From Actinomycetota bacterium (GTDB lineage Bacteria > Actinomycetota > Actinomycetes > S36-B12), in contig JAFMFD010000002.1 of assembly GCA_017856385.1 (NCBI GenBank), positions 13,839 to 77,838 of the forward strand: DNA of 64,000 nucleotides. The letters are read 5' to 3'. Below the pieces are notes generated by a model. The model searched no databases and was not told where the DNA came from. It saw only the letters and a program-made list of their open reading frames with translations. Both the position numbers and the translations under genes were made by a program. How positions within the stretch are numbered: position 1 is the first letter of the stretch; each line of letters begins with the position of its first letter. Of the stretch, positions 55,296-64,000 are shown one piece after another.

Positions 55296-57365
55296 TCAGG
55301 CCGTGCCCGCCTCCTGCATCCCGCGCAGCTCCCGCTTGAGCTCGGACACCTCGTCACGCAGTCGGGCGGCGATCTCGAACTGCAGTTCGCGCGCAGCCTC
55401 GTGCATCTGGGAGGTGAGGTCCTCGATGAGGGTGAGCAGTTCATCGCCTGCAAGGGAGCGACCAGCCGGCCTTCGCGCCCCCTCGACACGGCTCGCCTGG
55501 GCAGCGACGAGGGCCTCGGTGTCGGCGTCCTCGCGCGCCAGCAGGTCGGTGATGTCGGCGATCTTCTTGCGCAGCGGCTGCGGATCGATTCCGCGCTCGG
55601 CGTTGTAGGCCTCCTGCTTCGCGCGCCGTCGGTTCGTCTCGTCGATGGCCCGACGCATCGAGGGCGTGATCGTGTCGGCATACATGTGGACCTGGCCCGA
55701 GACGTTGCGCGCAGCACGCCCGATGGTCTGGATCAGCGAGGTCTCCGAGCGCAGGAAGCCCTCCTTGTCCGCGTCGAGGATCGCGACAAGCGACACCTCG
55801 GGCAGGTCGAGGCCCTCGCGGAGGAGGTTGATGCCGACCAGCACGTCGAACACGCCCATCCGGAGCTCCCGCAGGAGCTCCACCCGGCGCAGCGTGTCGA
55901 CCTCCGAGTGCAGGTAGCGGACGCGGACGCCGTGCTCGAGCAGGTAGTCCGTGAGGTCCTCGGCCATCCGCTTGGTGAGCGTCGTCACGAGGACGCGCTC
56001 GCCGATCTCCGCCCTGAGCCGGATTTCACCCATCAGGTCGTCGATCTGTCCCGTGGTCGGCTTGACCACGATCTCCGGGTCGACCAGGCCCGTGGGGCGG
56101 ATCACCTGCTCAACCACATCGCCCTCGACCCGGGTCAGCTCATACGGCCCCGGCGTGGCCGACAGGTAGATGGTCTGGCCCACGCGATCGAGGAACTCCT
56201 CCCACCGCAGGGGCCGGTTGTCGACGGCGCTCGGCAGGCGGAATCCGTGCTCGACCAAGGTGCGCTTGCGGCTCATGTCCCCCTCGTACATCGCACCGAT
56301 CTGCGGCACGGTCACATGCGACTCGTCGAGCACCAGCAGGAAGTCGTCCGGGAAGTAGTCCAGCAGGCAGTTCGGCGCTGACCCGGCCTCGCGGCCGTCG
56401 ATGTGGCGCGAGTAGTTCTCGATGCCCGCGCAGGAGCCGACCTGCCGCATCATCTCGATGTCGTACGTCGTGCGCATGCGCAGCCGCTGGGCCTCGAGCA
56501 GCTTGCCCTGCTGCTCGAGCTCCTCCAGCCGATCGGCAAGCTCGACCTCGATCCCGGCCAGCGCACGCTCCATCCGCTCCGGGCCCGCGACGTAGTGGGT
56601 CGCGGGGAACACGTACATCTCGTCATCCTCGGTCAGGATCTCGCCGGTGACCGGGTGCAGTGTCATGAGCCGCTCGATCTCGTCGCCGAACATCTCGATG
56701 CGGACGGGATGCTCCTCATAGACCGGGAAGACCTCCACGGTGTCGCCCCTGACCCGGAAGGTGCCCCGCTGGAAGGAGACGTCGTTGCGGGTGTACTGGA
56801 TGTCGACCAAGGCACGCAGGAGGGAGTCCCGATCGAACTCCTCGCCGACCCGCAGCCGGATCATCCGATCGACGTACTCCTGCGGTGTCCCGAGGCCGTA
56901 GATCGCCGACACCGTGGCCACGACGATCACGTCCCTGCGTGTGAGCAGGCTGTTGGTCGCCGAGTGCCGCAGGCGCTCGACCTCCTCGTTGATGGAGGAG
57001 TCCTTCTCGATGTAGGTATCGCTCTGCGGGATGTAGGCCTCGGGCTGGTAGTAGTCGTAGTAGGAGACGAAGTACTCCACGGCGTTGTCCGGCAGCAGCT
57101 CCTTGAACTCCGCGGCCAGCTGCGCCGCAAGCGTCTTGTTGGGCGCCATGACGAGCGTGGGCCGCTGGAGCTTCTCCACGAGCCACGCGGTGGTCGCACT
57201 CTTGCCCGTTCCCGTGGCGCCGAGGAGAACGACCGCAGGCTCCCCCGCGCGAATGCGTGCTGCGATCTCCGCGATGGCAGCGGGCTGGTCTCCGGAGGGC
57301 TCGTAGGGGGCCTTGACCGTGAAGGGCGCGACCCTGCGCTGCAGGTCGGTCACCGGACGCGTCAT
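55296..57365 (-). CDS. uvrB: Excinuclease ABC subunit B
   Basis: PSGDQPAAI and GATGTGKS helicase motifs plus a C-terminal UVR domain. ATG 57365 overlaps the coaE stop (ATGA). Confidence 0.95.
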   Translation of the reverse strand: MTRPVTDLQRRVAPFTVKAPYEPSGDQPAAIAEIAARIRAGEPAVVLLGATGTGKSATTAWLVEKLQRPTLVMAPNKTLAAQLAAEFKELLPDNAVEYFVSYYDYYQPEAYIPQSDTYIEKDSSINEEVERLRHSATNSLLTRRDVIVVATVSAIYGLGTPQEYVDRMIRLRVGEEFDRDSLLRALVDIQYTRNDVSFQRGTFRVRGDTVEVFPVYEEHPVRIEMFGDEIERLMTLHPVTGEILTEDDEMYVFPATHYVAGPERMERALAGIEVELADRLEELEQQGKLLEAQRLRMRTTYDIEMMRQVGSCAGIENYSRHIDGREAGSAPNCLLDYFPDDFLLVLDESHVTVPQIGAMYEGDMSRKRTLVEHGFRLPSAVDNRPLRWEEFLDRVGQTIYLSATPGPYELTRVEGDVVEQVIRPTGLVDPEIVVKPTTGQIDDLMGEIRLRAEIGERVLVTTLTKRMAEDLTDYLLEHGVRVRYLHSEVDTLRRVELLRELRMGVFDVLVGINLLREGLDLPEVSLVAILDADKEGFLRSETSLIQTIGRAARNVSGQVHMYADTITPSMRRAIDETNRRRAKQEAYNAERGIDPQPLRKKIADITDLLAREDADTEALVAAQASRVEGARRPAGRSLAGDELLTLIEDLTSQMHEAARELQFEIAARLRDEVSELKRELRGMQEAGTA

Positions 57366-57958
57366 GGGGCCTCCCGCACGAGACGGCGCCACGCAGCCTC
57401 CACCTGATCGCGGGTGCTGGCCAGGCTGCCGGAGTTGTCGACGACGACGTCGGCCATCGAGAGCCGCTCCTGTCGCGAAGCCTGCGCCTGCATGCGCCGC
57501 CGGACATCCTGCTCCTGGAGCCCGCGCTGGTGCACCGCGCGCTCAACCTGGACTTCCTCCGGGACATCGACCACGACGATGACGTCCACGAGGTCTCGCT
57601 GGCCGATCTCGACGAGCAGCGGCATGTCGTACACCACCACCCGATCCCCGGGCACGGCAGCGAGTCGGCGCGCCGCCTCCTCGCGGATGAGCGGATGCAT
57701 GATCGCGTTCAGCCGCTGCGTGCCCTCCGGCGAGCTGAAGGCCAGCGCCGCGAGCTCCTGCCGGTCCAGGGCACCCTCCTCCGTCAGGATCCGCGGCCCG
57801 AACTCCGCGACGAGGCGAGCGAGGGCGGGCTCGCCGGGCTCGACGATGTCGCGGGCGATCTGGTCGGCATCGATGACGACGGCCCCCTGCCCTGCCAGCA
57901 TCGCTGCCACGGTGGACTTCCCCGAGCCGATCCCGCCCGTCAGGCCGATCCGGATCAT
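57362..57958 (-). CDS. coaE: Dephospho-CoA kinase
   Basis: [17 protein letters not shown]-loop. 198 aa. Confidence 0.93.
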   Translation of the reverse strand: MIRIGLTGGIGSGKSTVAAMLAGQGAVVIDADQIARDIVEPGEPALARLVAEFGPRILTEEGALDRQELAALAFSSPEGTQRLNAIMHPLIREEAARRLAAVPGDRVVVYDMPLLVEIGQRDLVDVIVVVDVPEEVQVERAVHQRGLQEQDVRRRMQAQASRQERLSMADVVVDNSGSLASTRDQVEAAWRRLVREAP

Positions 57959-57979
57959 GGCCTCACCCTAGAACGACCG

Positions 57980-58024
57980 CGGGCGGGGTCGGATGCCGAG
58001 CAACGCCCGGTCCGACCCCGCCCG
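57980..58024 (-). terminator. Perfect 14-bp stem-loop between rpsA and coaE
   Basis: CGGGCGGGGTCGGA (57980-57993) pairs perfectly with TCCGACCCCGCCCG (58011-58024), with a 17-nt loop. It starts 13 nt after the rpsA stop and has no U-tract. Confidence 0.6.
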
Positions 58025-58037
58025 TAGCGGTTCGCTG

Positions 58038-59495
58038 CTACTCGCCCGTCAGCTTGTCGCGCAGCGCCTGCAGCGCCTCGTCTGTGGCGAGGGTGCCGGA
58101 GCTGTCGGGTGCTTCCGACGAATAGGACGACATGGGCTCGCCCGACTCCAGCGCGGCGGCCTGGTCCGCGGCGCGGGCCTCGTCGGCCTGCTTGCGGTGC
58201 GCCTCCCAGCGGGCGTGGGCCTCGGCGTACTGCCGCTCCCACTCCTCGCGCTGCGCCTCCGAGCCCGGCTTCCACTCGCCAGTCTCCGGATCGAAACCGT
58301 CCGGACCGATGTAGTCGCCGGACTCGTTGAACGCCGGAGCCATGCCGTACAGGTAGGGGTCGAACTCCTCGCTGGCGGTCCCGTCAGCCGAGTCGTTCGC
58401 CTGCTTCAGCGACAGCGAGATCCGGCGGCGCTCGAGGTCGATGTCGATGACGCGCACGAAGATGTCGTCGTTGACCTGGACGATCTGCTCCGGCAGCTCG
58501 ATGTGACGCTCGGCGAGCTCGGAGATGTGGACCAGGCCCTCGATGCCCTCCTCGACGCGCACGAACGCGCCGAACGGCACCAGCTTGGTGACCTTGCCGG
58601 GCACGACCTGGCCGATCTGGTGCGTGCGGGCGAAGTGCTGCCAGGGATCCTCCTGCGTCGCCTTCAGGGACAGCGAGACGCGCTCGCGGTCCATGTCGAC
58701 GTCGAGCACCTCGACAGTGACCTCCTGACCGACCTCGACGACCTCGGACGGGTGGTCGATGTGCTTCCAGGACAGCTCGGACACGTGCACGAGGCCGTCG
58801 ACCCCGCCGAGGTCGACGAACGCACCGAAGTTGACGATGCTCGAGACGACGCCGTTGCGGATCTGGCCCTTCTGGAGCTGCGTCAGGAAGGTCTGGCGGA
58901 CCTCGCTCTGCGTCTGCTCGAGCCAGGCCCGGCGGGACAGGACCACGTTGTTGCGGTTCTTGTCGAGCTCGATGATCTTGGCCTCGAGGGTCTTGCCGAC
59001 GTACGGCTGCAGATCGCGGACGCGACGCATCTCGACGAGCGAAGCGGGCAGGAAGCCGCGCAGGCCGATGTCGACGATCAGGCCGCCCTTGACGACCTCG
59101 ATCACCTGGCCCTCGACGACGCCGTCCTCGTCCTTGATGCGCTCGATCGTGCCCCAGGCGCGCTCGTACTGGGCGCGCTTCTTGGACAGGATGAGCCGGC
59201 CTTCCTTGTCCTCCTTGGTCAGGACCAGGGCCTCGACCTTGTCGCCGACGGACACCACCTCACCGGGGTCGACGTCGTGCTTGATGCTCAGCTCACGGGA
59301 GGGGATGACACCCTCGGTCTTGTAGCCGATGTCGAGGAGGACCTCGTCGCGGTCCACCTTGACGATGGTGCCCTCGACGATGTCGCCGTCGTTGAAGTAC
59401 TTGATGGTCGCGTCGATCGCCGCGAGGAAGTCATCGGCGGTGCCGATGTCGTTGACCGCCACCTGGGCGGGTGCTGCACTGGTCGAGGTGGTCAT
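58038..59495 (-). CDS. rpsA: 30S ribosomal protein S1
   Basis: 485 aa with repeated S1 domains (GxIVxGxV...GGLxVDIG). Confidence 0.95.
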   Translation of the reverse strand: MTTSTSAAPAQVAVNDIGTADDFLAAIDATIKYFNDGDIVEGTIVKVDRDEVLLDIGYKTEGVIPSRELSIKHDVDPGEVVSVGDKVEALVLTKEDKEGRLILSKKRAQYERAWGTIERIKDEDGVVEGQVIEVVKGGLIVDIGLRGFLPASLVEMRRVRDLQPYVGKTLEAKIIELDKNRNNVVLSRRAWLEQTQSEVRQTFLTQLQKGQIRNGVVSSIVNFGAFVDLGGVDGLVHVSELSWKHIDHPSEVVEVGQEVTVEVLDVDMDRERVSLSLKATQEDPWQHFARTHQIGQVVPGKVTKLVPFGAFVRVEEGIEGLVHISELAERHIELPEQIVQVNDDIFVRVIDIDLERRRISLSLKQANDSADGTASEEFDPYLYGMAPAFNESGDYIGPDGFDPETGEWKPGSEAQREEWERQYAEAHARWEAHRKQADEARAADQAAALESGEPMSSYSSEAPDSSGTLATDEALQALRDKLTGE

Positions 59496-59641
59496 GGAGT
59501 AGGGGATCCTGTGGTTGACGGTGCGGCCCGTAGACGCCCGCCCCGGGTGGGGAAGGCCGCCCCCGCCCCTAGGTCTGGGCGATGGGCACTCCGGACAGCC
59601 TCAACAGCCTACAAGGCGGCGCTCGGGTCTCCTGCTCCGGC

Positions 59642-62320
59642 CTAGTGGGCCGCGTCCTCCCACGACCTCCCGATCCCCACGGAGACGTCCATCGGCACCG
59701 AGAGGTCGACCGCCCCCGCCATGGCCTCGCGCACCAGGGCCTCCACCTGCTCCGCCTCGCCCGGGGCCACTTCGAGGACGAGCTCGTCGTGCACCTGGAG
59801 CAGCTGGCGGCTCGCGCAGCCCGCCCCGCGGAGCGCATCCTCCAGGCGCAGCATGGAGACCTTGACGATGTCCGCGGCCGAGCCCTGGATGGGGGCGTTC
59901 AGGGCCATCCGCTCGGCCATCTCCCGGCGCTGGCGGTTGTCGCTGGTGAGGTCCGGCAGGTAGCGGCGGCGTCCGAGCATCGTGGCCGTGTAGCCCTCCA
60001 TGCGGGCCCGCTCGACGACCTCGGACAGGTAGTCCCGCACCCCGCCGAACCGCTCGAAGTAGGTGTCCATGAGTCCGCGGGCCTCGTCCGGGCCGATGTC
60101 CAGCTGCTGGGCCAGGCCGAAGGGGGACAGTCCGTAGGCGAGGCCGTAGGACATGGCCTTGATGCGGCGGCGCATCTCGGCGTCGACCTCATCCGCGGGG
60201 ACGCCAAACACCTGGCTGGCCACCGTGGTGTGGAGGTCCTCCCCCGATCGGAAGGCCTCGATCAGGCCGGTGTCCTCGGAGAGGTGGGCCATGATGCGCA
60301 TCTCGATCTGGCTGTAGTCCGCGGTCAGCAGGCTCTCGTACCCCTCTCCCACGATGAAGCAGCCGCGGATCCGGCGCCCCGCCTCGGTGCGGATCGGGAT
60401 GTTCTGCAGGTTGGGGTCCGAACTGGACAGCCGCCCGGTGGCGGCCACCATCTGGTGGAAGGTGGTGTGGATGCGGCCTTGGGCGTCCACCAACGGCAGC
60501 AGCCCGTCGACCGTCTGCCGGAGCTTGGAGCGGTCGCGCCAGGCGAGCAGCTGCTCAAGGAGCGGGTCGGCCGTCTGCGCGAACAGCTGCTGCAGCGACT
60601 CCGCGTCAGTCGTGTACCCCGTCTTGATCTTCTTGGTCTTCGGCAGGCCCCGCTCACCGAACAGGATCTCCTGCAGCTGCTTGGGCGAGCCGAGGTTGAA
60701 GGGGCGGCCGACCAGCGCGTGCGCGGCCTCCTCGGCGCTGCGCATGTCCGCTCCGAACTCCGCGGAGAGGGCGTCCAGTCCGTCGACGTCGACCGCGATC
60801 CCCGCGTGCTCCATCCCCGCGAGCAGCGGCACCAGCGGGATCTCCACCTCGCGCAGCAGGTGGATCGTGGACTGCCGCTCCAGTCGCTCCTCGAGCACGA
60901 CGGCCAGCTCGGCGATCACCTCGGCCTGCTCGACGAGTCGACCCTCGGATTCATCTGTCTCGAACAGCGCGAGCGCGGCATCCGCATCGGCACCCAGGAC
61001 CCGGCCGAGGACCCGCTCGGCCACGTCGGGCAGCGCGTACCCCCGTTGCCCCGGGTTGTCGAGGTACGCGGCCAGCGCCGTGTCGAGCGTGACGCCCGCC
61101 AGTTCGCTGCCGGCGGAGGCGAGCGCCAGCGCCGGGCCCTTGCCGTCGTGCAGGACCTTGGGAGCTGCTGGGTCCGCGAACCAGTCAAGAACGGCCGCGC
61201 GCCCTGCCTCGTCAGACAGGTCGACGCGCGCGGTCCGCCCGCCAGCGACGACGCCGATCGCCTCGATCCGCCCCTCGCCGCGGCCCCACGTGCCCGACAC
61301 CGCGACTGCCGGGGCGGCATTCGTCGCCGCGTCGGCCAGCCACGACACGAGATCTGATCCGGCCAGCACCTCGATCGGTCCCGAATCGGGTCGCACCTGC
61401 GCGCTTGCGGTATCCCCCCGGTCGTCGATCTCCCCCGGACTCCCGGGCCGGACGGCCCGCAGCCGATCGCGCAGGGCCCGGAACTGCAGCACGTCGAACA
61501 GCTCGTCGATCCGCGCCTGCTCCCACGGCGCCAACGCCGCGTCCTGGGGGTCAACCTCGATCGGCACGTCGCGCACCAGCGCGGTGAGCTCGCGATTGAC
61601 CAGGACCTGCGGCACCGCAGCCCGGAGCGCGTCGCCGACCTTGCCGCGGACCTCGTCGACGTGGTCGACCAGGCCCCCAAGACTGCCGTAGGTGCGGATC
61701 CAGGTGGCCGCCGTCTTCTCGCCCACCCCGGGGATCCCGGGGAGGTTGTCGCTGGGATCTCCCCTCAGGGCCGCGAAGTCCGGGTACTGGGCTGGGGTGA
61801 GCCCGTATTTCTCCTCCACGGCCGCTGGGGTCATCCGCGCGAGGTCGCTGACCCCGCGCTTGGGATACAGCACCGTCACGCGGTCGTCGACCAGCTGGAA
61901 GGAGTCGCGATCGCCGGTGACGATGTCGACGGGCCAGTCCAGCGGGGCGGTCCGGGCCACGAGAGTGGCGATGATGTCGTCCGCCTCGAAGCCCTCGAGC
62001 TCGACGACCGTGATGCCGAGGACCGAGAGCAGCTCCTTGATGAGCTCGACCTGCCCCGCGAACTCGGCCGGCGACTTCGAGCGGGTGGCCTTGTACTCGG
62101 GGAACACCTCGGTGCGGAACGTCCGCCGCGAGACGTCGAACGCGACCACGACGTGCGTCGGGTGCTCGTCGCGCAGCACATTGATGAGCATCGAGGCGAA
62201 GCCGAATACGGCGTTGGTCGGCTGCCCTGTGCTGGTGCTGAAGTTCTCGACGGGCAGGGCGTAGAAGGCCCGGTACGCAAGGGAGTGCCCGTCGAGCAGG
62301 AGGAGCCTGGGATCCGGCAC
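59642..62320 (-). CDS. polA: DNA polymerase I
   Basis: 892 aa. 5'-nuclease N-terminus (LLLLDGHSLAYRAFYALP) and C-terminal family-A polymerase motifs (QVHDELVLE). Confidence 0.95.
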   Translation of the reverse strand: MPDPRLLLLDGHSLAYRAFYALPVENFSTSTGQPTNAVFGFASMLINVLRDEHPTHVVVAFDVSRRTFRTEVFPEYKATRSKSPAEFAGQVELIKELLSVLGITVVELEGFEADDIIATLVARTAPLDWPVDIVTGDRDSFQLVDDRVTVLYPKRGVSDLARMTPAAVEEKYGLTPAQYPDFAALRGDPSDNLPGIPGVGEKTAATWIRTYGSLGGLVDHVDEVRGKVGDALRAAVPQVLVNRELTALVRDVPIEVDPQDAALAPWEQARIDELFDVLQFRALRDRLRAVRPGSPGEIDDRGDTASAQVRPDSGPIEVLAGSDLVSWLADAATNAAPAVAVSGTWGRGEGRIEAIGVVAGGRTARVDLSDEAGRAAVLDWFADPAAPKVLHDGKGPALALASAGSELAGVTLDTALAAYLDNPGQRGYALPDVAERVLGRVLGADADAALALFETDESEGRLVEQAEVIAELAVVLEERLERQSTIHLLREVEIPLVPLLAGMEHAGIAVDVDGLDALSAEFGADMRSAEEAAHALVGRPFNLGSPKQLQEILFGERGLPKTKKIKTGYTTDAESLQQLFAQTADPLLEQLLAWRDRSKLRQTVDGLLPLVDAQGRIHTTFHQMVAATGRLSSSDPNLQNIPIRTEAGRRIRGCFIVGEGYESLLTADYSQIEMRIMAHLSEDTGLIEAFRSGEDLHTTVASQVFGVPADEVDAEMRRRIKAMSYGLAYGLSPFGLAQQLDIGPDEARGLMDTYFERFGGVRDYLSEVVERARMEGYTATMLGRRRYLPDLTSDNRQRREMAERMALNAPIQGSAADIVKVSMLRLEDALRGAGCASRQLLQVHDELVLEVAPGEAEQVEALVREAMAGAVDLSVPMDVSVGIGRSWEDAAH

Positions 62321-62368
62321 CCGCTGATCCTATGCTCGCCCCATGACCCCCGAGCCGACGCTCAGCCT

Positions 62369-62770
62369 GTGACCGGCGAGCGGACCACCCGCGCCATCCC
62401 CCTTGGCGCCCTGGGCGAGCGCATGGGCATGGTGCTCGAGCGGGCTGAACCGGACTGCGTCGTGGTGTCGATGCCCGTCGAGGGCAACACGCAGCCCTTC
62501 GGCCTCCTGCACGGCGGAGCCAGTGCTGTCCTCATCGAGACCGCCGGGTCCATCGGAGCCGCGCTCCACGGCGGCGGCGAGCTGATGCCGGTGGGCCTGG
62601 ACATCAACGCCACCCACCACCGCTCGGCGCTCAGCGGCCGGGTCACCGCGACCGCGACTCCGCTCTCCCTCGGGCGCACGATCACCAGCTACCAGGTGCA
62701 GATCGTCGATGATCAGGGGCGCGTGGTCTGCACCGGCCGCCTGACCTGCCTCCTGCGGCCACGTCCCTGA
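62369..62770 (+). CDS. PaaI/hotdog-fold thioesterase
   Basis: 133 aa from GTG 62369. The hotdog-fold segment is NTQPFGLLHGGASAVLIETAGS. It is divergent from polA. Confidence 0.8.
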   Translation: MTGERTTRAIPLGALGERMGMVLERAEPDCVVVSMPVEGNTQPFGLLHGGASAVLIETAGSIGAALHGGGELMPVGLDINATHHRSALSGRVTATATPLSLGRTITSYQVQIVDDQGRVVCTGRLTCLLRPRP

Positions 62771-62909
62771 CCCGTGCTGCCGGAGCGTCGGTTTCCATGT
62801 TTGCGGGACGTCCCCGGCCCGCGCGTGGCTATGCTCCCCATCAGACCCAGCCGTCACGGCCGGGCCGGCGGTCGTGCTCCACGACCGCCCCGACGCGGGG
62901 AGGGCCGGG

Positions 62910-64000
62910 GTGCGCGTACGCGGCACAGGCGTGGCCCCGCGCGCGTCCCTTGGACCCCGTGACCTCAGGCGCTGGACCCGGCGCGTGCTCGCCGGCCTCG
63001 GCGCAGTGCTGTTGGGACTCGGCCTTGCCACCGCGCCGGCCCTCGCGGCCGAGACCGGCCTGAAGGGCGTCGTCAAGGACCCTGCCAGCGAGGTCGGGAT
63101 CGCAGGCGTCACCATCAACGTCGCCGCGGACGGCTTCACCGGCTCGGCGACCACCGACGCCGAGGGAGCCTGGTTCGTGGCCGTGCCGAGCGCGGGCAAG
63201 TACGAGGTCGCGATCGACACCACGACCCTGCCCGCCGGCCTCGGGCTGGCCGACCCGACGAAGGCCGTGCTCAACGTCAATGTGCTCTCCGAGGGCCGCG
63301 TCCAGGCGGTCCTGTTCTCCCTCGCCGCGGGCGGCGGAGGGGGCGATGCGGGAGCCGATTCCGAGGTCACGACGCCCGCGGACGAGGGTTCCTCCCTGTG
63401 GAGCCAGGTGCCCCAGCTGACCGTCGACGGCCTGATCTTCGGCATCGTCATCGCCCTCGCCGCGGTCGGCCTGAGCCTGGTGTTCGGCACCACGAAGCTC
63501 ACCAACTTCGCCCATGGCGAGCTGATCGCCCTCGGTGGCCTGTCGACCTACTTCTTCAACGTCGTCGTGGGTCTGCCCCTCATCCTGTCCATCGTCATCG
63601 CGTTCCTGTTCTCCGCCGTCGTCGGCGGCTGGCTGCAGAACCGCATCCTGTGGAAGCCGCTGCGCAAGCGCGGCACAGGCCTGATCGCCGCCCTCGTCGT
63701 CTCGATCGGCCTCGGGCTGTTCCTGCGCTACCTGTTCCTGTTCCTGTTCGGCGGCCAGTCGCGCACGTTCAACGAGTACGCCGGGCAGCCGGGCATTGAG
63801 ATCGGGCCGGTGCTGATCACCCCCAAGGACCTCATCGCCAGCACCGTCGGCATCCTGCTCATCGCCGGCACCATCTGGTGGCTGCTGCGCACCAAGGACG
63901 GCAAGGCGACACGAGCCGTGGCGGACAATCCGGCCCTGGCCTCGGCCTCCGGTATCGACGTCGAGAAGGTCATCAGCACCGTGTGGGTGCTGGGCGCCGC
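62910..64000 (+). CDS. livH: Branched-chain amino acid ABC transporter permease (LivH type) with N-terminal signal peptide and carboxypeptidase-regulatory-like extension; 3' end outside the window
   Basis: This open frame is absent from the track because it has no stop in the window. The LivH core is LIFGIVIALAAVGLSLVFGTTKLTNFAHGE...RAVADNPALASASGIDV. The start is provisional at GTG 62910. Confidence 0.8.
   Translation, partial: MRVRGTGVAPRASLGPRDLRRWTRRVLAGLGAVLLGLGLATAPALAAETGLKGVVKDPASEVGIAGVTINVAADGFTGSATTDAEGAWFVAVPSAGKYEVAIDTTTLPAGLGLADPTKAVLNVNVLSEGRVQAVLFSLAAGGGGGDAGADSEVTTPADEGSSLWSQVPQLTVDGLIFGIVIALAAVGLSLVFGTTKLTNFAHGELIALGGLSTYFFNVVVGLPLILSIVIAFLFSAVVGGWLQNRILWKPLRKRGTGLIAALVVSIGLGLFLRYLFLFLFGGQSRTFNEYAGQPGIEIGPVLITPKDLIASTVGILLIAGTIWWLLRTKDGKATRAVADNPALASASGIDVEKVISTVWVLGA

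Noticed and set aside
57993-59645. 550-aa ORF on the plus strand
   Set aside because: It is antisense to rpsA. The repetitive Asp/Leu/Val/Gly translation mirrors the S1 repeats, so it is a shadow ORF.
63731-63748. Tandem (CCTGTT)x3 repeat
   Set aside because: It lies in frame inside the permease TM segment and simply encodes LFLFLF. It is not a regulatory repeat.

Overview
This is a high-GC actinobacterial chromosomal core segment, almost entirely coding. I support about 62 protein genes, one glycine riboswitch, one candidate operator and several terminator-like hairpins. I saw no rRNA, tRNA, CRISPR array, transposase or integrase. Gene order, left to right: RbpA-like fragment, argG, small secreted protein, BtuF-fold protein, PLDc_N/SHOCT membrane protein. 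Then glycine riboswitch-gcvP, a MerR / DUF151 nuclease / MerR / FHA / gcvH cluster, pgsA-like, ABC ATPase, serB and a histidine phosphatase. Then fabG-fabI, dodecin, DUF3099, SURF1, SDR, ABC exporter, crotonase and an ABC-F ATPase. Then the suf operon (sufR-B-D-Rieske-C-S-U-T), an ABC-2 transporter, ctaA/ctaB and tkt-tal-zwf-opcA-pgl. Then RbpA-like, secG, tpiA-pgk-gap, a glycosyltransferase and whiA-yvcK-rapZ-uvrC. Then a Rieske lipoprotein, uvrA, an MBL hydrolase, two orphan genes, terC, uvrB-coaE, rpsA, polA, a thioesterase and a livH-type permease that runs off the window. Many neighbouring genes overlap by 1-4 nt (ATGA/GTGA), which fixes several start codons. Most long ORFs in the supplied track are antisense or alternate-frame shadows of real genes, typical of high-GC DNA. 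The only clearly non-housekeeping locus is 51.9-54.2 kb. It holds an unrecognisable ~650-aa Tat/Sec-signal secreted protein plus an 81-aa acidic protein, in the slot between the uvrA-MBL and terC-uvrB blocks. This is my best candidate for something undescribed, but the evidence is modest. Secondary observations: an apparent homopolymer frameshift in a secreted-protein gene; a glycine riboswitch with a degenerate second domain; a zinc-ribbon-bearing GarA-like FHA protein; a CAAC-N6-GTTG palindrome at the sufR start; a Rieske lipoprotein between uvrA and uvrC; a glycosyltransferase translationally coupled to whiA; and a LivH permease with an N-terminal secreted beta-sandwich-like extension. All family assignments come from motif and sequence recognition by eye. 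No searches were run.
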